Source of the DNA: an uncultured bacterium
GTDB taxonomy: Bacteria > Bacillota > Clostridia > Oscillospirales > Oscillospiraceae
DNA: 64,000 nt
Assembly: GCA_946056135.1 (NCBI GenBank)
Contig: CAMGIN010000002.1
Coordinates: 328 to 64,327 of the forward strand
Direction of reading: 5' to 3'
The notes beneath the pieces were generated by a model. The model saw only the letters and a list, made by a program, of their open reading frames with translations. It was not told the origin of the DNA and ran no database searches. Position 1 is the first letter of the stretch; every line of letters starts with the position of its first letter. Positions 29,062 through 38,518 of the stretch are shown in pieces. A program made the translations under genes and the position numbers.

Positions 29062-29090
29062 TTGTATTTTTTATCAGATCCTGCTATAAT
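29062..29090 (+). promoter_or_regulatory. Sigma-A promoter of panT-coaX
   Basis: TTGTAT-N17-TATAAT with TG extension. Confidence 0.7.
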
Positions 29091-29096
29091 ATGCGC

Positions 29097-29148
29097 TGGA
29101 CCTGAGAGGGTTCAAATTTGCGCTGTATCCTGGATCAGGAACGGCAGC
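29097..29148 (+). ncRNA. Candidate pan-motif-like leader RNA
   Basis: Two hairpins: TGGACCT-GAGA-GGGTTCA and GCTGT-A-TCCTG-gat-CAGGA-ACGGC (single bulged A) next to the RBS of a pantothenate/CoA operon. Confidence 0.5.
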
Positions 29149-29163
29149 AGGAGGTAATTACAT

Positions 29164-29796
29164 ATGAAACAAAAGAAGCTGGATACCCGGTATATGGCAA
29201 CCCTTGCCATGCTCTGCGGTGTCCTGCTGGTCATGGGCATCACGGGGATCGGATTTATTCCGTTTCCGGTGATCAAAGCCACTACCATGCACATCCCGGT
29301 GATTCTGGGAGCTGTTTTGCTTGGTCCCAGCGCAGGCGGTGTCCTTGGCGGTGTGTTCGGACTGTGCTCGATCTGGGTTAACACCACCAGCCCGGGACTG
29401 CTGTCCTTCGCCTTTTCTCCCTTTATGACCACAGAAGGACTGCCGGGGGTAGTGAAAAGCCTGTGGATTGCCCTGGGATGTCGGATTCTCTTCGGAATTA
29501 TTGCTGGATGGCTGTGGAAGCTGTTCAAGAAAATTCTCAAGCAGGACTACGCTGCGCTGCCGGTCACTGCGGCAGTTTCCACCCTTTGCCATACCATTTT
29601 GGTTATGGGCAGCATCTATTTTCTGCTGGCACAGCAGTATGCGGAAGCGAAAAATGTGGCCATTACCGCCGTGTTCGGCCTGATGATGGGCACTGTTACC
29701 GCCTCCGGTATTCCGGAAGCCATCATCGCCGCGATTCTGGTGACAGTGATTGGAAAGGCACTGCTGCATCTGCAATCACGCATGAATAAACGTTAA
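29164..29796 (+). CDS. panT: ECF transporter S component, probably pantothenate (PanT-like)
   Basis: GFIP...TTMHIPVILGAVLLGP, NT-like HTILV, PEAI; flanked by coaBC and coaX. Confidence 0.75.
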   Translation: MKQKKLDTRYMATLAMLCGVLLVMGITGIGFIPFPVIKATTMHIPVILGAVLLGPSAGGVLGGVFGLCSIWVNTTSPGLLSFAFSPFMTTEGLPGVVKSLWIALGCRILFGIIAGWLWKLFKKILKQDYAALPVTAAVSTLCHTILVMGSIYFLLAQQYAEAKNVAITAVFGLMMGTVTASGIPEAIIAAILVTVIGKALLHLQSRMNKR

Positions 29797-29808
29797 GGAG
29801 AAAACGCT

Positions 29809-30576
29809 ATGCTTCTTGCCATTGATATCGGCAACACCAATATTGTGATTGGCTGTTTCCAAAATGACGATCTGTTTTTCAAAGCCCGGATTGCCACAGA
29901 CCGAACCCGTACCTCTGACCAGTACGGCGTGGAGATCAAGAACATGATGGAGGCCTATGGGGTCCAGGTTTCGGATATTGAGGACTGCATCATTTCTTCT
30001 GTGGTGCCGCCGGTTTTCAACTCCGTTCGGACCGGCGTCATAAAAGTCATTGGAAAGCAGCCTATGGTGGTGGGCCCCGGACTGAAAACCGGACTGAACA
30101 TCCATGTGGATGTGCCCTCTCAGGTGGGCAGTGACCGCATCGTCATTGCCGTTGCCGCTCTGGCCGAGTACAAAGCGCCCCTGATTTTGATGGATATGGG
30201 CACCGCTACCACCATCGAAGTGGTGGAGCCGGAAAATCAGTACCTGGGAGGTGTGATCTTCCCCGGTGTCAAGGTTTCTCTGGACGCGCTGACCAGTCAT
30301 GCGGCTCAGCTGCCCGGCATCAGCCTGGATAAGCCCAAGCATGTCATTGGCAAGAATACGGTGGATTGTATGCGCAGCGGCACAATGTACGGCACCGCTG
30401 CCATGATTGACGGCCTCGTGGAGCGGATGGAAGCCGAATTGGGGCACAAGGCTACCCTGATCGCCACCGGCGGTATGGCGCAGTTCATCATTCCCCTGTG
30501 CAAGCGGGAGATTATTCTGGATAAGAATCTGCTGCTGAAGGGCCTGAACATTCTCTATAAGAAAAACAAACGGTAA
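29809..30576 (+). CDS. coaX: Type III pantothenate kinase
   Basis: DIGNTN, SSVVP, VGSDR, DMGTATT, ATGG. Confidence 0.97.
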   Translation: MLLAIDIGNTNIVIGCFQNDDLFFKARIATDRTRTSDQYGVEIKNMMEAYGVQVSDIEDCIISSVVPPVFNSVRTGVIKVIGKQPMVVGPGLKTGLNIHVDVPSQVGSDRIVIAVAALAEYKAPLILMDMGTATTIEVVEPENQYLGGVIFPGVKVSLDALTSHAAQLPGISLDKPKHVIGKNTVDCMRSGTMYGTAAMIDGLVERMEAELGHKATLIATGGMAQFIIPLCKREIILDKNLLLKGLNILYKKNKR

Positions 30577-30588
30577 CCCAATCTGCGG

Positions 30589-30626
30589 ATCACCCTGAGC
30601 GTTTGCCTCGCTCAGGGTGATTTTTT
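30589..30626 (+). terminator. Terminator after coaX
   Basis: ATCACCCTGAGCG...CGCTCAGGGTGAT-TTTTT. Confidence 0.8.
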
Positions 30627-30632
30627 GCGTTC

Positions 30633-30664
30633 CGGTACTTTCTGCGCATTGGCGTGCATAGTCT
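30633..30664 (+). promoter_or_regulatory. Putative sigma-E promoter of the spoIIIA operon
   Basis: -10-like CATAGTCT just upstream of the spoIIIAA RBS; spoIIIA is sigma-E dependent in Bacillus and Clostridium. Confidence 0.45.
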
Positions 30665-30682
30665 TTCCCAGGAGTGATGCAA

Positions 30683-31510
30683 ATGATGTGTGCATGGAAG
30701 GAACTGCTTTCCATTCTTCCGCCCAGGCTGCGGCGGGAAGTGGACAGCCTGGGAAAGGAATCGGCCCAGGAGCTTCGGCTGCGGATCAACGCGCCTCCCG
30801 AGCTGGTGCTGGGAGGAAAGGAGATATGGCTGCGTGAAAACGTGACAGAAGAGGATCTGAATTTCATCATTAATACCGCCAGCCGGTATTCACCCTGGGC
30901 AGCGGCAACCATGGCCCAGGGCTATCTGACGGCTCCTGGTGGACATCGGATTGGCCTTTGCGGAGAAGCCATATGCCGGAACGGATGCTTCGAAGGGATC
31001 CGGCAGGCCCGATCCCTCTGCATCCGGATTGCCAGAGATTTCCAGGGTATCGGAAAAGATGCGGCGGCACTGAAGGGTTCCATCCTGATCTTGGGGGCAC
31101 CTGGCTGGGGGAAAACCACGCTGCTGCGGGATCTGGTCCGACAGCTGGCCCAGAAGGAGACTGTCAGCGTGGTTGACGAACGGGGGGAATTGTTCCCAGA
31201 AGGGGTTGCCAGAGGAAAAAGAATGGATGTGCTGACAGGCTGTCCAAAACCAGCCGGGATCGACATGACCCTGCGTACCATGGGGCCAAGCTGTATTGCC
31301 CTGGATGAGATCACTGCAGAAGGGGACTGCCAAGCCCTGGTCCAGGCGGCGAATTGCGGCGTTCGTCTGGTGGCCACGGCCCACGCCGCCTCGGAGCGGG
31401 ATTTCCGCTGCCGAAGTGTTTACAGGGTGTTGGTGGAAAACAGGATTTTCGATGGACTGGTTCTTTTGCATAAGGACAAGTCTTATCATGTGGAAAGGAT
31501 GACGCTATGA
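30683..31510 (+). CDS. spoIIIAA: Stage III sporulation ATPase AA
   Basis: ELRLR, GYLTAPGGHRIG, GAPGWGKTTLLRD, VDERGE, LRTMGP, DEI. Confidence 0.93.
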   Translation: MMCAWKELLSILPPRLRREVDSLGKESAQELRLRINAPPELVLGGKEIWLRENVTEEDLNFIINTASRYSPWAAATMAQGYLTAPGGHRIGLCGEAICRNGCFEGIRQARSLCIRIARDFQGIGKDAAALKGSILILGAPGWGKTTLLRDLVRQLAQKETVSVVDERGELFPEGVARGKRMDVLTGCPKPAGIDMTLRTMGPSCIALDEITAEGDCQALVQAANCGVRLVATAHAASERDFRCRSVYRVLVENRIFDGLVLLHKDKSYHVERMTL

Positions 31511-32019
31511 ATTGCAAATGGATTGGCGCGGCTTTGATCATCGCAGGATGCGGCGGCTTTGGCTTCTCCATTGCGGCCGGCTGCAGGCGGGAGGAACGGC
31601 TCCTACGGCAGCTGATCCAATCGCTGCAATACATGCAGTGGGAGCTGCAATACCGCTTGACACCTTTGCCAGAGCTGTGCCGCCAGACAGGAAAGACGGC
31701 AAGCGGCGTTGTCCGGGATATCTTTCTGGGCCTTGCACGGGAACTGGACTGGCAGGCATCTCCCGATGTTTCCAGCTGCATGAGCGCTGCTTTAAAGCGG
31801 AACCAGGAACTGCCCAGGAATATTCGGAGGATTTTTCAGCAATTGGGACGCTGCCTGGGCCGATTTGACCTTCAGGGGCAGCTGCTTGGTCTGGAAGCGG
31901 TCCAGTCTGCCTGCCAGGGGGAACTGGCTGCTTTGAACAAAAACAGGGATGTGCGCCTGCGGAGCTATCAGACGCTTGGGCTTTGTGCGGGTGTGGCTCT
32001 GGCGATCCTGTTTGCTTGA
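31507..32019 (+). CDS. spoIIIAB: Stage III sporulation protein AB
   Basis: KWIGAALII, Y..TPLPE, LG..D...Q, C-terminal TM; operon position. Confidence 0.9.
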   Translation: MNCKWIGAALIIAGCGGFGFSIAAGCRREERLLRQLIQSLQYMQWELQYRLTPLPELCRQTGKTASGVVRDIFLGLARELDWQASPDVSSCMSAALKRNQELPRNIRRIFQQLGRCLGRFDLQGQLLGLEAVQSACQGELAALNKNRDVRLRSYQTLGLCAGVALAILFA

Positions 32020-32021
32020 GT

Positions 32022-32216
32022 ATGGAGATCGATCTTGTTTTTAAAATCGCCGCGATTGGCATTATCGTCTCGATTCTAAATCAAGTGCTGTCCCGCTCCG
32101 GGCGGGAGGAGCAGGCTACCATGACCAGCCTGGCCGGGCTGGTAGTGGTGCTTATGATGCTGGCACAAAAAATCGCGGACCTGTTTGATCTGGTCAAAAC
32201 CCTGTTTGAATTCTGA
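32022..32216 (+). CDS. spoIIIAC: Stage III sporulation protein AC
   Basis: MEIDLVFKIAAIGIIVSILNQVLSRSGREEQA. Confidence 0.95.
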   Translation: MEIDLVFKIAAIGIIVSILNQVLSRSGREEQATMTSLAGLVVVLMMLAQKIADLFDLVKTLFEF

Positions 32217-32611
32217 TGGAGACATTTTGGAAAGCGGCAGCCATTGTGCTGATTACCGTCATTCTTGGTCTGGCACTTGGCAAGCAGGAGAAGGATATTG
32301 CTACAGTGCTGACCCTGACAGGATGCTGCATCCTGGGGATCTTTGCGGTATCCTATCTGGAGCCGGTGCTGGATCTCCTTCAGGAATTGGAGTCGGTAGG
32401 TCAGCTGCAAAGTGGCATGCTGGGAATCCTTCTGAAAGCCGTGGGAATCGCACTGACAGCGGAGATTTCAGCAATGATCTGTAGTGATGCCGGAAACAAT
32501 TCCCTTGGAAAGACCCTGCAAATGCTTGGCAGCGCGGTGATTGTCTATCTGTCCATACCAATTTTTCAGGCATTTCTCACACTGATACGGGAGATTCTCG
32601 GGCAATTATGA
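32216..32611 (+). CDS. spoIIIAD: Stage III sporulation protein AD
   Basis: ILLKAVGIA...CSDAG...LG; operon position. Confidence 0.92.
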   Translation: METFWKAAAIVLITVILGLALGKQEKDIATVLTLTGCCILGIFAVSYLEPVLDLLQELESVGQLQSGMLGILLKAVGIALTAEISAMICSDAGNNSLGKTLQMLGSAVIVYLSIPIFQAFLTLIREILGQL

Positions 32612-33654
32612 AACTGTTAACACCAATGTTCATTCTGTTTTTGGTATTTACCCTGGCTGTCCCGGCTGCTGCCCTGGAGATCACAGCGCCTGAGGTTCCC
32701 AAATCCGGTGCGGAACAGATGCCGGAAAAAACCGAGTCCTTCGGGGAGGGGTTATTGGAGCTTCTGCGGAATGTACTGACCCGCCTTCGTCCGGAGCTGA
32801 AGGAAGCTGCCAGGGTGAGCCTGTCTGTTACTGCGGCGGTTATGATGATTTCAATTCTCAGAACATTTTCCGGAAGTGTGAAAACAGCGGCCCAGCTGGC
32901 AGGGACGGTGACGCTGGCGGCCATTCTGTTGCTGAATGCCAATGCCATGATCCGTCTGGGCGCGGACACGGTAACGGAGCTGAGCGAGTACGGAAAATTG
33001 CTGCTTCCGATCATGACTGCCGCCATGGCAGCCCAGGGCGGAATAACTGCCTCGGCCTCCCTTTACGCGGGAACGGCTGCCTTTGACATGGTGCTGGGCA
33101 GCCTGATTTCCAACGTACTGGTGCCTATGGTCTACCTGTTCCTGGCCCTGGCTGCTGCAAATTGCGCGGTTGGGGAAGATGTCTTAAAAAAGATGCGGGA
33201 CCTGATCAAAGCCGCTGTCAGCTGGTGCCTGAAAACCATTCTCACTATCTATACCACCTATATGAGTATTACCGGCGTGGTCAGCGGCACTACAGACGCG
33301 GCCAAGCTGAAGGCAACGAAGGTGACCATTTCCTCTGTGGTTCCTGTCGTAGGCGGAATTCTGTCAGATGCCTCAGAAGCCGTACTGGTCAGCGCGGGAT
33401 TGCTGAAAAATGCTGCGGGAATCTATGGGATTCTGGCAATTCTCTCTGTGTTCCTGGAGCCTTTCTTCAAAATTGGCATCCAATATCTGGTGCTGAAAGC
33501 CACTTCCGCCATCTGTGGGATCTTTGGTGCCAAGGAAATGACTGCGCTGATCGAGGACTTTTCTACGGCCATGGGGCTGCTGCTGGCAATGACCGGCTCG
33601 GTATGTCTGCTGCTTCTTATCAGTACGGTCTGCTTCCTGAAAGGGGTGGGATAA
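32608..33654 (+). CDS. spoIIIAE: Stage III sporulation protein AE
   Basis: Multi-TM, VPVVGGILSDA, LKNAAG. Confidence 0.93.
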   Translation: MKLLTPMFILFLVFTLAVPAAALEITAPEVPKSGAEQMPEKTESFGEGLLELLRNVLTRLRPELKEAARVSLSVTAAVMMISILRTFSGSVKTAAQLAGTVTLAAILLLNANAMIRLGADTVTELSEYGKLLLPIMTAAMAAQGGITASASLYAGTAAFDMVLGSLISNVLVPMVYLFLALAAANCAVGEDVLKKMRDLIKAAVSWCLKTILTIYTTYMSITGVVSGTTDAAKLKATKVTISSVVPVVGGILSDASEAVLVSAGLLKNAAGIYGILAILSVFLEPFFKIGIQYLVLKATSAICGIFGAKEMTALIEDFSTAMGLLLAMTGSVCLLLLISTVCFLKGVG

Positions 33655-34127
33655 TGGAAGCACTGCGGCAATATGTTCTTTCTGTGACCGCCGCCGCCAT
33701 TGTGTGCGGAATTGTGGTTGCCTTGGTGCAGAACTGTGGGGCAAAGGAATGGATCCGTCTGCTTTGCGGCCTGATCCTGGCGTTCACCGCTATCCGGCCC
33801 ATTGCCCATCTTGACCTGGATGCGCTGACGGAACTGTCCCTGCCGCTGACCCTTGAGGCGGAAAGCGCATCGACTATGGGAGAAGAAATGGCCCGGCAGG
33901 CATTGGTGGATAGCATAAAGGCGGAATCGGAAGCATATATCTTGGACAAAGCTGCCGCGCTGAATGCTTCCTTAACGGTAGAGGTTACCGTCAGCGAAGA
34001 CGGCACTCCTGTTCCGCTGGGGGCGAAACTCGGCGGCAGCGTTTCCCCTTACGCCAGGCAGCAGCTGGAAAGCCTGATACAGACAGATCTGGGGATCGCA
34101 AAGGAGAATCAGCTATGGACTGGGTAA
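33654..34127 (+). CDS. spoIIIAF: Stage III sporulation protein AF
   Basis: MEALRQYVLSV... two TMs; position between AE and AG; true start lies inside ORF 33162-34127. Confidence 0.8.
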   Translation: MEALRQYVLSVTAAAIVCGIVVALVQNCGAKEWIRLLCGLILAFTAIRPIAHLDLDALTELSLPLTLEAESASTMGEEMARQALVDSIKAESEAYILDKAAALNASLTVEVTVSEDGTPVPLGAKLGGSVSPYARQQLESLIQTDLGIAKENQLWTG

Positions 34128-34603
34128 AACTCAAAAGCAGCGGTATGGAGGCCGTAAAAAAGTACCGGTATGTCCTGCTGGTGGTTCTGGCAGGGATTTT
34201 GCTCATGGCACTGCCGGAGAGTAAGGAAGAACAGGAGAAACCGGAAAAAACCGTGGAAGCATCTCAGCCGTGTTTGCAGGAATCCCTTACCGACATTCTG
34301 AGCCAGATTGCCGGAGCTGGGAAGGTAAAGGTCCTTCTGACCGAAGCGGCAGGGGAGCAGACCATCTACCAAACCGATGAGAATTATGCGGGCAGCGACA
34401 TCCGGCGGCAAACCGTGTTGGTTTCCAATGCCAGCCGGGAGGAAGCCGGTCTGGTCAAGCAGGTCAATCCACCTACTTACCAGGGGGCCATCGTTCTATG
34501 CCAGGGAGCTGACAGCGCCAGGGTCCGACTGTCCATTGTGGAAGCGGTGTCCAATGCCACCGGACTTTCCACCGACAAAATCAGCGTATTGAAAATGAAA
34601 TGA
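34115..34603 (+). CDS. spoIIIAG: Stage III sporulation protein AG
   Basis: LSQIAGAGKVKVLLT, P.YQGAIVLCQGA, KISVLKMK. Confidence 0.92.
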   Translation: MDWVKLKSSGMEAVKKYRYVLLVVLAGILLMALPESKEEQEKPEKTVEASQPCLQESLTDILSQIAGAGKVKVLLTEAAGEQTIYQTDENYAGSDIRRQTVLVSNASREEAGLVKQVNPPTYQGAIVLCQGADSARVRLSIVEAVSNATGLSTDKISVLKMK

Positions 34604-34618
34604 ATGGGAGGCATTATT

Positions 34619-35182
34619 ATGAAAGTTTGGAAGAAGAACATGGTGGCTGCCGCAGTATTGGTTACGGTCTGCGCCGGAATTTATGTGAATTGGGTCTATA
34701 CGGAGAAAAACACGGCTGCCGATCTGACCGACACGCTGGACGCGGAAAAAGTGATGTCTGACGATACTCTGGTGCTCAGCGAGGATATGGCAGCCATTGC
34801 GGCAGGGGAGGACGTGAATACCACAGCCACGGATTACTTCGCAGCAGTCCGTCTCTCCCGGCAGCAGGCCAGGGACAGCGCCGTGAACCTGCTGCAGGAG
34901 GCTATGGCCTACAGCGGAGAGGATGGTGGTAAGGAAGTGGAATCTGCCATGGAGCTGGAGGAGATCGTCCAGACTGCCCTCAGCGAAGCCCAGATTGAGA
35001 GCCTCATCATCGCCAAGGGCTACGCCGACTGTGTGGCCTACATGTCTGGCGAGGGGATTTCCGTAGCTGTAGCTGCTCCGGAGGGAGGACTGCAGCAGGA
35101 GGATGTGGCCGTGATCGCGGATATTGTCATGACCCAGTCGGACTACTCTCTGGAGGATATCCGGGTCGTTGAAGTGCAGTGA
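34619..35182 (+). CDS. spoIIIAH: Stage III sporulation protein AH
   Basis: YVNW, YFAAVRLSR, EAQIESLIIAKGYAD. Confidence 0.92.
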   Translation: MKVWKKNMVAAAVLVTVCAGIYVNWVYTEKNTAADLTDTLDAEKVMSDDTLVLSEDMAAIAAGEDVNTTATDYFAAVRLSRQQARDSAVNLLQEAMAYSGEDGGKEVESAMELEEIVQTALSEAQIESLIIAKGYADCVAYMSGEGISVAVAAPEGGLQQEDVAVIADIVMTQSDYSLEDIRVVEVQ

Positions 35183-35191
35183 TTTCGTATT

Positions 35192-35224
35192 ATACCCCGG
35201 AAGCGTGGCTTTCGGGGTATCTTT
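35192..35224 (+). terminator. Hairpin/terminator after spoIIIAH
   Basis: ATACCCCGGAAGC-gtg-GCTTTCGGGGTAT-CTTT. Confidence 0.6.
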
Positions 35225-35336
35225 CCGAAAAAGAAACAAGGATTACAGAAAATAGTTGTATTTTTCTGGATTCGTGGTATAATAAACAAAAGTATGTCAT
35301 GCCGCTGGGCATGACCATCATTCAGGAGGTAACCTT

Positions 35337-35684
35337 ATGGCTGAAAATAAGCAGTACATCACCCAGATCCAGGAAAACGGCAATGTGATGATTTCTGAGG
35401 ATGTGGTCGCTACCATCGTTGAGCACACACTGACCGAGGTGGAGGGTGTTGTCAAGGGCGGCGCTGAGGTCGTCGGGAAGAAGAGCTGGGGGAAGGGTAT
35501 CCGGATCGCCATTGCGGAGGACAATTCCCTGACCATCGGCTGCAACATTGTTGTTGCCTACGGCGAAAGCGTCATGGACGTTGCCAAGGCTGTCCAGAGC
35601 GCTGTGACCAACGCTGTGGAGTCTGTCACCGGTGTCACTGTCGCCGATGTGAATGTTAACGTCTGCGGCATCATCCGCAAGTAA
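35337..35684 (+). CDS. Asp23/Gls24 family protein (YqhY-like)
   Basis: GNVMISEDVVATI...EVEGV...KGI...VQ..V...VES.TG..V..VNVNV; precedes nusB. Confidence 0.9.
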   Translation: MAENKQYITQIQENGNVMISEDVVATIVEHTLTEVEGVVKGGAEVVGKKSWGKGIRIAIAEDNSLTIGCNIVVAYGESVMDVAKAVQSAVTNAVESVTGVTVADVNVNVCGIIRK

Positions 35685-35694
35685 GGGTCAGGCC

Positions 35695-36156
35695 ATGACG
35701 AGAGGCAATGCCAGAGAACTGGCGGTACATTTGATCTACGGCCGGGTATTCACCGGCGAAGAACCCGAGCAGGTGGTTTCCACCCGTTTGGACAAGGAGT
35801 ATTACAAAAAGCTGGGTGCGGAAAATGAGGTCTATGCCGAGCGCCCCAGCCGGGCCCAGCTGCAGTATATTGACAGCGTGGTGTCCGGTGTGGCCAACCG
35901 GGAAGAGGACCTGAATGCCCAGATTCGTAGATTTTCCATCGGCTGGGATATCAGCCGGATCTCCCGCCTGGCCCGCTGTATCCTGCAGCTGGCGATTTAT
36001 GAGATCCTCTATGTGGAGGATGTTCCTACCGGCGTCGCGGTTTCCGAGGCCGTCCGGATTGCTAAGAAGTATGACGGCGACGATACCGGTTCCTTTGTCA
36101 ACGGCATTCTGGGCAGCTTTGCCCGGAGCCTGAACAAACAAGAGGCAGGCCAATGA
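35695..36156 (+). CDS. nusB: Transcription antitermination factor NusB
   Basis: ARELA, W...R, ILQLAIYEI, VAVSEAV, FVNGILG. Confidence 0.95.
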   Translation: MTRGNARELAVHLIYGRVFTGEEPEQVVSTRLDKEYYKKLGAENEVYAERPSRAQLQYIDSVVSGVANREEDLNAQIRRFSIGWDISRISRLARCILQLAIYEILYVEDVPTGVAVSEAVRIAKKYDGDDTGSFVNGILGSFARSLNKQEAGQ

Positions 36157-37115
36157 GTGTCATCGGCATCGATACCAGCAACTATACCACCTCCATTGCG
36201 TACTTCGACGGTACCGATGGGGAGAACTGCTCTCGTCTTCTGCCTGTCAAACAGGGGGAGCTTGGCCTGCGTCAGTCGGACGCGGTATTTGCCCATACCA
36301 AAAGCCTGCCGGAGCTTTCCGGCAGGCTGTTTTCCAATTTGCATGGGGAAAAAATCACCGCGGTTGGCGTCAGTACCCGTCCCAGAGCGGTGGAGGGCAG
36401 CTATATGCCCTGCTTCCTGGTGGGTTACAGCCACGCAAAGCTGCTTTCGGATGCCTTGGGCGTTCCGCTGGTCGAGGTGTCCCATCAGCAGGGACATGTG
36501 GCCGCATCCCTCTGGAGCGCAAACCACATGGAACTGATGGACCAGCCGCATCTGGCCTGGCACCTGTCCGGTGGCACTACGGAGCTGCTGCTGGTGGAGC
36601 CTGAGGGGAAGAATGTGAAATGCAGCAAGATCGGCGGGACCACGGATATCTCTGCCGGTCAGCTCATCGACCGCACCGGCCAGCTGCTAGCACTCCCGTT
36701 CCCGTCGGGAAAGCATCTGGATGCCCTGAGCAGGGAAGCCAAGTCCCGGGAGACATTCAAGGTTAAGTGTTCGGATATGTCTTTTTCCCTGTCCGGCGTT
36801 CAGAATAAGGTGCAGCAGTTCCATGCTGCCCAGGGCGATCCTGCGGAGACGGCGGGCTATGCCCTTCGGTGTGTTGCCGGAGCGGTCTGCCTGGCGACAC
36901 AGCAGGCACTGAAAGCCTATCCGGGGCTGCGGGTTGTATTCTCCGGCGGTGTGGCGTCGAATTCTCTGCTCCGAGAGATGACGGCACCGCTGAATCCGAT
37001 TTTTGCTCAGCCCCAATTTTCAACCGATAACGCCATGGGGGTTGCGGTGCTGACCTACCGGGCTACGGAGGACTCAAATGGCACAAAACATCCTGTCCAT
37101 TACCCAGCTAAATGA
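36153..37115 (+). CDS. Kae1/TsaD-like (peptidase M22) paralog
   Basis: GIDTSNYTTS, HQQGH, LSGGTT, GG.T.DISAGQLIDR, DNAMG. Confidence 0.85.
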   Translation: MSVIGIDTSNYTTSIAYFDGTDGENCSRLLPVKQGELGLRQSDAVFAHTKSLPELSGRLFSNLHGEKITAVGVSTRPRAVEGSYMPCFLVGYSHAKLLSDALGVPLVEVSHQQGHVAASLWSANHMELMDQPHLAWHLSGGTTELLLVEPEGKNVKCSKIGGTTDISAGQLIDRTGQLLALPFPSGKHLDALSREAKSRETFKVKCSDMSFSLSGVQNKVQQFHAAQGDPAETAGYALRCVAGAVCLATQQALKAYPGLRVVFSGGVASNSLLREMTAPLNPIFAQPQFSTDNAMGVAVLTYRATEDSNGTKHPVHYPAK

Positions 37116-38310
37116 ATATATCCGGGGGCGCATGGATGCAGATCCCATGCTGGCCCAGGTCGCGGTCCGGGGTGAGATCAGCAACTATAAGCTCTATCCT
37201 TCCGGTCACCACTATTTTACCCTGAAGGACGAGAGCAGTGCCCTGCGATGCGTCATGTTCAAAGGGAATGCTATGCGGCTGCGCTTCCGTCCGGAAAACG
37301 GCATGAAGGTCATTGCCATGGGCAAGGTCTCCGTGTTCCCCAGGGATGGAGCCTATCAGCTCTACTGCACCGCCATGTCCATGGATGGAGTCGGGGATCT
37401 CTACGCGGCCTTTGAACAGCTGAAAAAGAATCTGGCGGCCCAGGGCTTGTTTGATCCTGCCCACAAAAAGCCCTTGCCCAAATATCCCGGCACCATCGGT
37501 ATCATCACCAGCTCCGCCGGAGCGGCGGTTCACGACATGCTGCGGATTCTGCGAAAGCGATATCCATTGACCAATGTCCGGCTGCTGCCGGTACGGGTTC
37601 AAGGCGCGGAAGCTCCGGGAGAGATTGCAGCGGCCATTGCCTATGCCAATCGGTACAAGCTGGCGGACCTGCTGATCGTAGGCCGGGGCGGCGGCTCTAT
37701 CGAAGACCTGTGGGCGTTCAACGATGAGCGGGTGGCCTATGCAATTTATCAGTCCCAGATCCCGGTGATCTCCGCTGTGGGACATGAGCCGGATGTGACC
37801 ATTTCCGATTATGTGGCCGATCTCCGGGCCGCTACCCCCTCCAATGCGGCGGAGCTGGCGGTGCCGGACCAGGACGCCCTGCGGCAGTCCCTGGATGCCA
37901 TCTCTGCTGGTATGGCAACGGCGTTGAACCGCCAGTTGAAAGCCACCCAGCAGCATTTGACAGTGCTTTCCCAGTCTCCTGCGCTGCGTAGTCCCACGGG
38001 CTACATCGAGCAGCGGGGAAAAAGCCTGGAGCTGCTGAAAAATCGGCTGATTTCCGCTCAGACCAGAAATCTCACCCAGAAAAATCAGCGGTACATCGCG
38101 GCAGTTTCCAAGCTGGACGCCATGAGTCCGCTGAAGGTTCTGACCCGTGGCTACTCCATGGCTCAGACGGAGGGGGGACAGGTGCTCCGCTCCGTACAGC
38201 AGGTGGAGCTGGGAGAGCGTATCCGCATTTCCTTAAGTGACGGCAGTTTGTCCGCAACCGTTATGGAGAAAAGGAGGAAGGAAAATGAATCCGCAAAACA
38301 AGACCTTTGA
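37078..38310 (+). CDS. xseA: Exodeoxyribonuclease VII large subunit
   Basis: GEISN, SGHHYFTLKD, RGGGSIEDLWAFN, GHE, TPS. Confidence 0.98.
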   Translation: MAQNILSITQLNEYIRGRMDADPMLAQVAVRGEISNYKLYPSGHHYFTLKDESSALRCVMFKGNAMRLRFRPENGMKVIAMGKVSVFPRDGAYQLYCTAMSMDGVGDLYAAFEQLKKNLAAQGLFDPAHKKPLPKYPGTIGIITSSAGAAVHDMLRILRKRYPLTNVRLLPVRVQGAEAPGEIAAAIAYANRYKLADLLIVGRGGGSIEDLWAFNDERVAYAIYQSQIPVISAVGHEPDVTISDYVADLRAATPSNAAELAVPDQDALRQSLDAISAGMATALNRQLKATQQHLTVLSQSPALRSPTGYIEQRGKSLELLKNRLISAQTRNLTQKNQRYIAAVSKLDAMSPLKVLTRGYSMAQTEGGQVLRSVQQVELGERIRISLSDGSLSATVMEKRRKENESAKQDL

Positions 38311-38518
38311 AGAATCGATGGCCCGTCTGGAGCAGATCGTCCGCGCCATGGAGCGGGGAGACGTAGCTCTGGAGGAAAGCTTGAAGCTGTTCCAGGAGGG
38401 CACGGAGCTGGTTCGCGGCTGCCAGAAGCTGCTGGACGACGCCCAGCTTCAGGTGAAAAAGATCATGACTGCCCCGGACGGCAGCCCTGTGGAGGAGGAT
38501 TTCCAGGATGAACCTTGA
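38285..38518 (+). CDS. xseB: Exodeoxyribonuclease VII small subunit
   Basis: TFEESMARLEQIV..ME.G...LEESL.LFQEG. Confidence 0.96.
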   Translation: MNPQNKTFEESMARLEQIVRAMERGDVALEESLKLFQEGTELVRGCQKLLDDAQLQVKKIMTAPDGSPVEEDFQDEP

